A stretch of DNA of 64,000 bases from Candidatus Latescibacterota bacterium (GTDB taxonomy: Bacteria; Latescibacterota; UBA2968; UBA8231): NCBI GenBank assembly GCA_965204725.1, contig OZ242005.1, forward strand, positions 2,432,001 to 2,496,000. Reading direction: 5' to 3'. The notes under the pieces were generated by a model. The model was given only the letters and a program-made list of their open reading frames with translations, made no database searches and was not told the DNA's origin. The position numbers and the translations under genes were made by a program. Positions 50,380-58,809 of this stretch are shown here, one piece after another (the stretch's first letter is position 1; each line of letters starts with the position of its first letter).

Positions 50380-52230
50380 TCAGTACACCACAGCGATAGG
50401 CCCCAGTCGCTCCGCCCGACCGCTGCCTGCTTCTACCGCGACGCGGTAAATGTATAGTCCTGGAGCTACCAATTCGCCTTGGTCATCTCGCCCGTCCCAA
50501 GCAGTTTGATAAAGCGCACTTCCCCCCTCTCCACGGACCAAGGCGCGCACTCGCCTTCCAGCCAGCGTGTAGATTTCCGTCTCAAGGGGCACGCCATCGG
50601 TCAGACTCAGTAAAGTATAGGAGAACTGCACTTGGTCGTTGACGCCGTCTCCATTGGGTGAAAATGGGTTGGGAACCGCCTGCACGGCACTGAGCAGACA
50701 GCCCTTGAGCGGTGTGCGGACGTCCAAGGCGTCGCTCAACAACTCGCTCATAGCATCTCCGGGCATAACGCTCTGGGGGACTGAATCGCTGTCCGCATCC
50801 GACACCGCGCCGCTGAAGGTGGTTCCATAATTGAATACTCGGGCGTCGAAATCCACTTCGAGGAGCGTCTGGTCTCGGTCGATGCGGGCAAATTGGACCG
50901 CGAACTGGTGGGGATCCGCCGGATCGAAATTCGGGGTAAAATCGACTGCTTCGCGGTCAATGCGCACCTCGTGGACGGCCTCCAGACGAGCGGGCGTCCG
51001 CACCGCTAGAACATTGAAACCCGATTGCTCCGCCTCGAGCCGAGTCCGCACCGCATAAGTGAACCGAACCGGGTCGGAGGACTCGACAAAAGGAGGGAAA
51101 ATCTCACCAATCGCCGCGGTGGCGATAGGAGGTTGAGAAAATTCAAAGAACAGCGAGTCGATCTGGCCTCCCGCCAAGCTGGCGGAAAAAAAAGCGATGC
51201 GTACTTGCACGTACTGCCGGGGGCTGGGAGAGAGCATCGGGATGCCGGCGAGTCCGTCCGCATACTCATAGGTGTGCCACACGCTCCAATTTTCCAGATC
51301 TTGGGTAATGCGCCCCTGCACATTCTGGGGCATGGCCCTATAGGCTTGGCGGCTCATGGGCCGACCGTTGGCCCCGAATGGGACTTCCTCTCCCCCCACT
51401 CCGGTCTTGCGCCAGTAGATCTCGGGCTGGTCGTCGCGGCCGCTGCGGCTCTGGATGACTACTTTCGCTCCCATATCGAGCTGACCGCTCCACCAGATGC
51501 GTCCCAAACTGGATGCTCGTCCCAGATCGATCGGGTCGGACAGAAACGAGGCTTGGGGAACAAACCCCTGACCGTACACCTCGAATTCGGCCACTTCCCA
51601 CGTCTCCCCCACTTCTAGGGGATGGAGATAGACGTGGCGTACTATCTGGGGTGGTATATCCAGTTCGACCTCTGGGCTTAGGTTGTCTTTCTCATCGCGC
51701 ACCAAGGTCCAGATGAGATTCCCCTTTTCGTTTTTGCTCTCTTCCCTGCCGTCGTTGACGTAAAGCCTGAACTGGCGAATCTTGTGCCCTACATGATCGG
51801 CGCGGGTTGCAAAGCGGACCCTTTCAATGGGGAATGGCGCCCCCAAATCGAAGAACATCGGCGTAGTATAGAAGAATCCGGGGCCGCGAAAGAAATTGAT
51901 GCGCGGCGGATGCACAAAAGCCGTAGTCGAATCGCCATCTACTACCAGTACGCGGTCGTCGAGCCAGTTCGCTGGCAGAGTGTAAATGCTCACCAAGCTG
52001 GTAATATCGCCATTCCGCTCGCCCATTGAGGCGATTAGGTTCTCGCCGCTTTCGGCGCTGAGCGGGCGGATGGCGTCCGGCACTTTTTCCACATCGATAA
52101 AGCTCAGGGCACCGCTTTCACTCCAAGGGTTTCCGGCACGGCCCCCCAGTTGGTAAAATTGGCGCGCCTCGGCCCGATAGCCCGGTCCCGTCCCCAACAC
52201 TGTCAGGACTATAATCAGGACCTGTCTCAC
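50380..52230 (-). CDS. Secreted protein (~616 aa), single discoidin-like domain, CHU_C/FlgD-like C-terminus ending VVY
   Basis: Start re-assigned to GTG 52230 after AGGAGG; FDLGAPF; AEFEVYGQGFVP; SDPIDLG; NPFSPNGDGVND; WDGRDDQG..VAPGLY; ends AVVY. Confidence 0.8.
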   Translation of the reverse strand: MRQVLIIVLTVLGTGPGYRAEARQFYQLGGRAGNPWSESGALSFIDVEKVPDAIRPLSAESGENLIASMGERNGDITSLVSIYTLPANWLDDRVLVVDGDSTTAFVHPPRINFFRGPGFFYTTPMFFDLGAPFPIERVRFATRADHVGHKIRQFRLYVNDGREESKNEKGNLIWTLVRDEKDNLSPEVELDIPPQIVRHVYLHPLEVGETWEVAEFEVYGQGFVPQASFLSDPIDLGRASSLGRIWWSGQLDMGAKVVIQSRSGRDDQPEIYWRKTGVGGEEVPFGANGRPMSRQAYRAMPQNVQGRITQDLENWSVWHTYEYADGLAGIPMLSPSPRQYVQVRIAFFSASLAGGQIDSLFFEFSQPPIATAAIGEIFPPFVESSDPVRFTYAVRTRLEAEQSGFNVLAVRTPARLEAVHEVRIDREAVDFTPNFDPADPHQFAVQFARIDRDQTLLEVDFDARVFNYGTTFSGAVSDADSDSVPQSVMPGDAMSELLSDALDVRTPLKGCLLSAVQAVPNPFSPNGDGVNDQVQFSYTLLSLTDGVPLETEIYTLAGRRVRALVRGEGGSALYQTAWDGRDDQGELVAPGLYIYRVAVEAGSGRAERLGPIAVVY

Positions 52231-52260
52231 CCAGTGCCTCCTTTGCTCGATTGTCACCAA

Positions 52261-52298
52261 GAAAACGGCGGGGTTCACAGTCGCCTGCAAACCCCGCC
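52261..52298 (-). terminator. Intrinsic terminator/attenuator-like hairpin after the TWGQIK protein gene
   Basis: GGCGGGGTT...AACCCCGCC stem (52267-52298), followed on the minus strand by GTTTTCTT. Confidence 0.65.
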
Positions 52299-52342
52299 TG
52301 AAAATGCCTTCAACGTCTGTGGTGCAGGCAGTCGAGTCGGCC

Positions 52343-53218
52343 TTATTGGAAGGTAGCCTTGATCTGGCCCCAAGTGTTGGCCTCGACCGAGGTAGGTCCG
52401 GCGTCGGGCAATCCCTCTTCAATGGGGGCCAGCAGATAGTCGCCGAACTGGTCGGCATCCCTAGAAGCACCTATGCCGCCAAAACCGGACCAGTAGGCAT
52501 CGTCGTAGGAGCCGGGATCGGCATCCTTGTCGCCCCAGTTGACCTCTAGGCCGACGACCGTGCCTTCCACCCAATTGTGCCTGATACTTTGCTCGGGGCC
52601 GTCAGGGTGGATGTCGTCAAAGGGCACGATAGAGTATTCGCCGAACATTTCGGCTGGCTCTTGGGTATCGACATTGCCGCGGAGAAACCGGCCGGCCCAC
52701 TCCACGTACGGGGACTGGCCCGCCCACGCTTTGGAGCCATCGATAATCCGGGTATAATAACCAGAAGAACTGAAAATCGGGCCGGCCAGATCGTAGCGCT
52801 GGGCTTGGGCGCTGGCCCAGCGGGTCTCGAAGTCATCCCCTTGGTCGAAACCGCGAAAGATGCCGCCCGTGTGATCCCAATCCGTGGTCGTCGACCACTT
52901 CTCGGTGTTGTTGATAAAATCGTCGGCGATCCAAGCTCCAAAATAAGCCTTGCCATCGTTGATGTTGTAGCCCCAGACGAGCCACGCATTGAAATCGCTC
53001 AAATCCATGGGGGCTCCGAACTGGTTGAACATGGTTTCGGCTTTGATCTTGTACACATCGCTGACAATGTCCCAGTCCGACATATCGCCATCCAACACCG
53101 GAGTCAGATGATCCGGGAACTGGAACATGAACTTCATCTCGCCTTGGTGGCCAAAAGCCGCGCCGACCACGAAGGCCGAGACCAGTAAAGCAACTGATAC
53201 CTCGTAGATCCTCTTCAT
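52343..53218 (-). CDS. Secreted acidic protein (~291 aa), CBM9/DOMON-like, with C-terminal VEANTWGQIK tail
   Basis: Start re-assigned to MKRIYE (AGAGG RBS); signal peptide; PVLDGDMSDW; VVGLEVNWGDKD; ends TSVEANTWGQIKATFQ. Confidence 0.7.
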   Translation of the reverse strand: MKRIYEVSVALLVSAFVVGAAFGHQGEMKFMFQFPDHLTPVLDGDMSDWDIVSDVYKIKAETMFNQFGAPMDLSDFNAWLVWGYNINDGKAYFGAWIADDFINNTEKWSTTTDWDHTGGIFRGFDQGDDFETRWASAQAQRYDLAGPIFSSSGYYTRIIDGSKAWAGQSPYVEWAGRFLRGNVDTQEPAEMFGEYSIVPFDDIHPDGPEQSIRHNWVEGTVVGLEVNWGDKDADPGSYDDAYWSGFGGIGASRDADQFGDYLLAPIEEGLPDAGPTSVEANTWGQIKATFQ

Positions 53219-53402
53219 TGCAATACCTCTTTTTTTGGTTGGTGTGAGGACATTGCGCCCCTTGCTGCCCAAGCGGGCCGCCTGAAACGACGACTGTATC
53301 TTTCTCCTCCTTTCTGCTGCCAACAGATCGTCTCGTCTATTAGAGCAATATAGCTTCAATATCAATTTTAACCTAACTCAACTTTGAAGCCGGTCAAATC
53401 CA

Positions 53403-56096
53403 CTAGCGTTCGAGCCCTGCATAGGCCGTCATGAATATCTTGCTGGTCGTGCTAGGAGACAGATTTTCAAACGTCAGCTTCTGTAGACGAAATCCCGTTT
53501 GCAGATGGAGCCTGTAGCCGAGGTAATCCGAGGCGTTATTAAATTGCACCGCGACGATGCGGCTGAAGGAATCCGGATCCAAGTCGCGATGAACCGGCAC
53601 CCCCTCGGCGTCGCGGAACTGCTCAAAGTGGGACAGTTCTAGTCCTAACTCGATGAGCGTATGGGAGAGCAGGGGAATGCGAGCAATAAGAAAAAGCGTC
53701 TCGGTCAACTCACGGCGCTCTGGATCGCGCTGGCGAACGGGGCGCGTGCGCAAAAATTCGCTCTTGAAACGCGGTTCAAATTCGATGGTTCCCACCGAGA
53801 AGGTGTAATCAACCTTGTTGATGAGACCGACAAAGCTGGCCGTGCGGCGCAGATCGCGCTGATCCCGGCGCTGGTTGTAGATTTCAGTCTTGAACTTGTT
53901 GATTACATTCAGGTTCCCTAGGCGCGTAAAATCGAACTGCATATAAGAAGCGTTGACCCAAGTGTCGCGAGCCGGGAACGGATCGAAAATGCGCTGTTGA
54001 GTACCGCGGGAATTAGATGGCTGCACCCACTGAAAGAGGTTGTCGGGAATATTGTCCTCGACCAGCTTGAAATTGTCGAACACTCGCAAACGGCCCAGCC
54101 CGGCAAAATCCCGGTCGTAGGTGAAGAGCAGGTACGTGGATTTGTTTGTGCGATCCCCCGCTAGCAGTTCTTCGCGCAGATGCCCGACGGTCAGCCGAGC
54201 CTCGGCCCCGATGTGGGTTCCCGCGTACATATTGTAGCCGCGGTGGTCCCGTCCGTAGGGATAGTCGGGCTCCTCGTCGTTTTCAAAGCGGTCGACCCAG
54301 CCGTTGTTGTTCATGTCGATGCCAAAGAGGTATTCGGGTCTATCGGCGTGATAGCGCAGGAAGGGCTCTTCGTAGTCGGGAACGAAGTTTTGGCGATCCT
54401 CCGTATCGTTCTGGTTGAAATCCGAGATGAAATCGTTGTTCTCGTCAAAGCCCGGAAATACCGCATTGTCCGACAACATACCAAAGCGGTTCCAGTCCGG
54501 CCGGCGGTCCTGGTCGTCGTTGTCCTCGACGAACTCGTAGATATAGGATATTTCGTCTTCGTAATCGATTTCGTCCTGGCCGCGCGTGCCGGCCAAGAAG
54601 GTGCGGGTCGAATAGTCGTCGTCCATGCTATAGCCTTCGAGAAAGACGAAATAGGGATAGGACGCCTTGGACAGGTTGAACATCCATGCCTCGGCGTCGT
54701 TGACCGCTTTGCGGTGATCCTTCCGATTGAGGTTGGGATATTGGCGGTATTGCTTGTTGAAATCGTACTCCCCGTAAAAGTCAAAACCCCAGATCTTGTT
54801 GGCCGCCAAGGTAACGCCGAGGATGGTATTGGCCGTCGGCAGACCGTAATCGAATTGCAACAGGTGCTGGTTGGAGTTGTCGCGGATGTTGTTTTGCGCC
54901 CGTTCGATCAGCAAGAAGACGGGCTGCGAGTCCCGGTTGGTCTGGCGGTCCGACGTGATTTCCACCTTGTAGTCGTTGGAGATCACCAATTCAAAGGATA
55001 TTCTCTCAATAACTGTAGGATCGGGTCCTAGATACAAAGGGTCGGTAAAATCGTAGGTGAGGGTAATGCGCTCGTCCCCATCCGCGGCCAAAAATCCCAC
55101 CCGTTGGAAACCCCCTTCGCGTATGGGCTCGAATCCTATGGCACTGCCTCTGAAAACGTTGCCATCTACATCCTCGATGATGATTTCGTCGTCGAATAGG
55201 GCCGCCCCACCCACCCCGTCTGCGGGCGAGTCGTCCGACAGCCGGATGATGATGCGGGATATGGGCAGCGCATTCTGGTCGGTGGTCAGAGCCCCGCCGG
55301 TGAAAGGGTTGCCGGTGAAATCGTCGAATAGCGTCTGGCCTTGGAAGGCGGTCACATAGGTCGCTCCGACCTCGACGAAGTCGCCAACTTGGACGGTGCC
55401 CCGCCCGCCCAGTAAATTGGTAACACTCGTTTTCTGATCGGGAATATCGAGAGAAGTGGCCACTGCCGGCCGACTAGGCCGGGCCAGCAGGAGAGTGCCT
55501 TGGTACTTGTCGGCCGCAAAGTCCCACTGAATGCCGTTGAAGGTGGGTTTAGAAAAAGTCATCGGCGTCAGAGTCGTGCGGATCTCATCCCCAATCGTGA
55601 TGCTATAGTAGTATTGTCCCTTGTGGTCCGAGGATACGACCACTCGGTTGAACCACTGGTTGAACCTGTTGGTCTTGAGGATGCTGCTGCCGAACTGCTG
55701 GGGACGGTCTTGCTGCCAATCGTAGATCAACCAGCCCCGGGTGACTAGATTGCCGAAGAAGTCGTAGAAGTAATCGCCCTCCAACGCGGTATCTACATAG
55801 CGCTGATAGGGGTCGCGGGCGTAGTTGGAGTACTCCCATTGTCTCCACTGATACTCCTCGTACAGTTCTTGGGGCACGTACCACTTGTGTACTGTCGGAT
55901 TCAGCGCACCGAATAATACCCCTGGTCCTTGGGGAGAAAAACTCACCGTTCCATCCTGCTTCACTCTACCGAGGCGCGAGCCGTACTCTTGAGCACCGGC
56001 CCCAAGCGGCGCACCCCAACCTAGCGCGTAGAGAACGGTGCCTATCGCAATCAGATATCGCTTGCTCAAAATCCTCCCTCCTCCCTTGGCTGGCAC
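53403..56096 (-). CDS. Conserved ~890-aa exported protein, putative outer-membrane beta-barrel (paralog of 4243-6903)
   Basis: Signal peptide (..GAGA/QE); same conserved blocks as the paralog; ends IFMTAYAGLER versus FITLYAGLGK. Start may be TTG 56069. Confidence 0.7.
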   Translation of the reverse strand: MPAKGGGRILSKRYLIAIGTVLYALGWGAPLGAGAQEYGSRLGRVKQDGTVSFSPQGPGVLFGALNPTVHKWYVPQELYEEYQWRQWEYSNYARDPYQRYVDTALEGDYFYDFFGNLVTRGWLIYDWQQDRPQQFGSSILKTNRFNQWFNRVVVSSDHKGQYYYSITIGDEIRTTLTPMTFSKPTFNGIQWDFAADKYQGTLLLARPSRPAVATSLDIPDQKTSVTNLLGGRGTVQVGDFVEVGATYVTAFQGQTLFDDFTGNPFTGGALTTDQNALPISRIIIRLSDDSPADGVGGAALFDDEIIIEDVDGNVFRGSAIGFEPIREGGFQRVGFLAADGDERITLTYDFTDPLYLGPDPTVIERISFELVISNDYKVEITSDRQTNRDSQPVFLLIERAQNNIRDNSNQHLLQFDYGLPTANTILGVTLAANKIWGFDFYGEYDFNKQYRQYPNLNRKDHRKAVNDAEAWMFNLSKASYPYFVFLEGYSMDDDYSTRTFLAGTRGQDEIDYEDEISYIYEFVEDNDDQDRRPDWNRFGMLSDNAVFPGFDENNDFISDFNQNDTEDRQNFVPDYEEPFLRYHADRPEYLFGIDMNNNGWVDRFENDEEPDYPYGRDHRGYNMYAGTHIGAEARLTVGHLREELLAGDRTNKSTYLLFTYDRDFAGLGRLRVFDNFKLVEDNIPDNLFQWVQPSNSRGTQQRIFDPFPARDTWVNASYMQFDFTRLGNLNVINKFKTEIYNQRRDQRDLRRTASFVGLINKVDYTFSVGTIEFEPRFKSEFLRTRPVRQRDPERRELTETLFLIARIPLLSHTLIELGLELSHFEQFRDAEGVPVHRDLDPDSFSRIVAVQFNNASDYLGYRLHLQTGFRLQKLTFENLSPSTTSKIFMTAYAGLER

Positions 56097-56105
56097 CTAC
56101 TACTG

Positions 56106-58091
56106 TTAATATACCACGGACACACTGCTCGAACGCCGCTCGGTCTCCCGGTCCGAGCGGATTTCCACTACCACTATGTAGATGCCCGGCGGCACTAGGC
56201 GACCGTCGCCGCCGCGACCATCCCACTGGAGCTCGATGCGGCCGTTTGGGACCTCAACCGAGTTGAGCCGCCGCACGTGGCCACCGGCCAAATCGCGGAT
56301 ATTTACCTCCGTCAGCGCGGGTTCGAGTAGGTGCAGAACCGCATAGCTTATTTGCGCCTCGTCATTGGCCCCATCTCCATTGGGGGTGAAGATCCGCGGC
56401 TGGATTGCCAGCGGACCAGCCACCTGCGAGCCTACGGTAATCCTCACCAGCAACTCGTCGGTATCCAGTTCGGCTGAAGCATCCCCGCCTGCGGTCTGTA
56501 GCGGCACTTGCACACTCGCATCGGCAAAGGCTCGCCCTTGGAAACGCGTACCATAGCGGAACACGGCCGCATCAAAGACAATTTTCAAAAGGGTGCCATC
56601 GGCGCTGATCAGGGGTAATTTTAGGGCAAAGTGGTCGTCCTCCACGGCCTCAATGGCGAACGATCCGACGCGCAGGGGCAAAGACACATCGGCTAGATCG
56701 CCGCTGAACTCGGCTCCATCTAGGCGATTGCCCGCCTCATCTTGGATCTCCACCGAATGGATGGCCGCGATGCGAGCCGGGGTTTCGATTGCAAAGCGCG
56801 TAAATCCCGGCCGACCCGTAGTATTGGCGATGTGGGCGAAGTACGTAAAAGTCGTCTGTTTGCCGACCTCGGTTCGCGGTGGTCCCACCTCGGCGATGAT
56901 GCGATCAACCGGGGGCCGTGCGAACTCAAAGCCCAAGTCGGCAACAGCGCGGCTAGCATCTAGGCTCAGATTGGTGAAGTCAATGCGAAACTGGAAGTAC
57001 GACCGTGGTGCCGGCACAGTCAGCGGGACCCCATTGTCGACCACTTGCCACTGGACCCAGCCGTTGTCGGTATCGGATTTGATGGGGCCTCGCTGATTTT
57101 TCGCCAGTTTCTCAAAGGTTTCCGCGGTCAGCGTATTGCCTTCGCTGTCGGTGGACACGTATTCGGGTTGCCGCCCCCCCACGTTGGCATTGCGGAAAAA
57201 GATATCTGGTGTCGTATCCCGCCCGCTGCGTACGCGAACTTCCATCTTGGAATCCGCGCTATTGCCCGCGGCTATTTCGCTCCAAGCAATTCGGCCCCAG
57301 ACCACCTCCTCGCCCAGATCCAGCACATTGGACACATAGCTAGCCGTCGGTACGAACCCCCTGCCGTACACCTCTATCTCGTCAATTTCAAATCCGAGGG
57401 TGGAAATCGACTTGAGTTGCAAAAAGCGGACAAATTGGGGATTGATTTGGGCTTCTACTCTGGCCTCGCGGTTGTCTGGATCGCGCCGCACCGGCGAGGT
57501 AAAAATGGGCTGCCCACTGGCAAAGAGGTTTTGCGGCAAGCCATCGTTGAGGAACAACTCATATCCCCGCATGAATTCGTTCCCAAAGGGAAATGCCGCC
57601 GTCATCCGCGGATAGAATACGATTTGGTCCACTCCAAAGCGCGCACCCAAGTCAATGCGAATGGTGACGCCGTTGTTGCGCACGATGCGACCGGCCACGA
57701 ACTTGCGGTCAAAAGCCACGCGGTGGTCGCCATTGAGCATACCCGCCAATTGCTCTGGGTCTTTCTGGCTGGCATCCAGCCCCGGAATATCTATAGTCCC
57801 TCCTCGCTCGAGAATACCGAGCGAAATGTTGAAGTCGGAGCGCAAGCGCAGCGGCATGATCCAGTTCCGCAGAGAATCCAAGCCATCGGCGAACACTTTT
57901 TCGCCGTTGGCGTCCTCGATAGTCCCCAGTTGCTCGACAAAATCGATTACGCCCCCGGGTGTTGTGCCAGAATTGCGCCAAGGACGTGCGTCGCCCCCGA
58001 CCGTAAAAACATCCTGTGCGCTGGTTGGGCACACGGACAGCAGGAGGAGAAGAAAAATTGGCGCAGGAGGGACTAAAAAACGAGCGTTCAT
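56106..58091 (-). CDS. Secreted protein (661 aa), single discoidin-like domain, CHU_C/FlgD-like C-terminus ending VVY
   Basis: Signal peptide (..PTSA/QD); IDLGARF; DEIEVYGRGFVP; SNVLDLG; IFTPNGDGAND; WDGRGGDG..VPPGIY; ends SVVY. Confidence 0.8.
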   Translation of the reverse strand: MNARFLVPPAPIFLLLLLSVCPTSAQDVFTVGGDARPWRNSGTTPGGVIDFVEQLGTIEDANGEKVFADGLDSLRNWIMPLRLRSDFNISLGILERGGTIDIPGLDASQKDPEQLAGMLNGDHRVAFDRKFVAGRIVRNNGVTIRIDLGARFGVDQIVFYPRMTAAFPFGNEFMRGYELFLNDGLPQNLFASGQPIFTSPVRRDPDNREARVEAQINPQFVRFLQLKSISTLGFEIDEIEVYGRGFVPTASYVSNVLDLGEEVVWGRIAWSEIAAGNSADSKMEVRVRSGRDTTPDIFFRNANVGGRQPEYVSTDSEGNTLTAETFEKLAKNQRGPIKSDTDNGWVQWQVVDNGVPLTVPAPRSYFQFRIDFTNLSLDASRAVADLGFEFARPPVDRIIAEVGPPRTEVGKQTTFTYFAHIANTTGRPGFTRFAIETPARIAAIHSVEIQDEAGNRLDGAEFSGDLADVSLPLRVGSFAIEAVEDDHFALKLPLISADGTLLKIVFDAAVFRYGTRFQGRAFADASVQVPLQTAGGDASAELDTDELLVRITVGSQVAGPLAIQPRIFTPNGDGANDEAQISYAVLHLLEPALTEVNIRDLAGGHVRRLNSVEVPNGRIELQWDGRGGDGRLVPPGIYIVVVEIRSDRETERRSSSVSVVY

Positions 58092-58240
58092 CTGAACGAT
58101 TGCAGCAGCTTGAAAAGGGGACCGATGGGACGATATGCCATAGTGAAGTTAGTTACAGGTTGTGGTGAGCTTCAATATATGATAAATCAAGAAAGCAAAA
58201 AAACTACGTATCTTATAGAATAGAGAAGCCGCGGACGCAC

Positions 58241-58369
58241 GGAACGATTGGAGACCAGCGCACCGGGCCGGAAATCGAAACGCTGATGGTCGAAGCCGGC
58301 TTCAGCGAGACGGAGTGCCGCCCCCTCGACCACGAACAGGGGATCGCAATCGGCTGGAAGCGCGTATAG
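58241..58369 (+). pseudogene. 3' remnant of a SAM-dependent O-methyltransferase-like gene
   Basis: Hand translation GTIGDQRTGPEIETLMVEAGFSETECRPLDHEQGIAIGWKRV* matches the G.eRT..E...L..AGF...K end typical of O-methyltransferases; no 5' part present. Confidence 0.5.
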
Positions 58370-58669
58370 TCAATCGTCGAGCGGTGTCAACCAAACCACG
58401 GTCGCCCCCCAACCGCCGCCGCCATCCCCAGCTAAGCGGAATGACTCCACTGCGGGCAAGCGGCCCAAGATGGCATGGACCGAGCGCCGCAACTGGCCCG
58501 TGCCCTTGCCGTGGATGACGCGCACTTGCAAAATGCCCGCTTGGCGACAGGCATCCAAATAGTCGGGTAACAACCCCTTGAGGTCGCGCGGATGGAAGGT
58601 GTGCAGATCCAGCGTACCGTCAATGGGAACTTCCACCGCTTCCGGCTCTTCCCATTCTTCTGCGGACAT
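58370..58669 (-). CDS. Smr/MutS2 C-terminal domain protein
   Basis: Start re-assigned to MSAEEW; [27 protein letters not shown]. Confidence 0.9.
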   Translation of the reverse strand: MSAEEWEEPEAVEVPIDGTLDLHTFHPRDLKGLLPDYLDACRQAGILQVRVIHGKGTGQLRRSVHAILGRLPAVESFRLAGDGGGGWGATVVWLTPLDD

Positions 58670-58684
58670 CGTCCTACCCCTCGC

Positions 58685-58809
58685 TTTTGTGCTTTCTGTG
58701 CCTCTTGTGGCCCTGTCCCGCCTACCCCTCGTACGCGGAGTGCCATTGTGTTTTTTGTGCTTCTTGTGCCTTTTGTGGCCCTGTCCCGCCTCAACCCCGC
58801 GCACGGAGT
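58685..58809. repeat. Imperfect direct duplication (68-bp period) containing a TTGTG-rich motif
   Basis: 58685 TTTTGTGCTTTCTGTGCCTCTTGTGGCCCTGTCCCGCC versus 58753 TTTTGTGCTTCTTGTGCCTTTTGTGGCCCTGTCCCGCC; both copies end in CGGAGT. Confidence 0.85.

Noticed and set aside
45926-58091. Calling the surface loci a canonical T9SS, SusC/D PUL or flagellar hook-cap (flgD) locus
   Set aside because: No recognisable PorP/SprF, Gld, TonB-dependent receptor, SusD or flagellar genes; only the C-terminal domain motif is shared.
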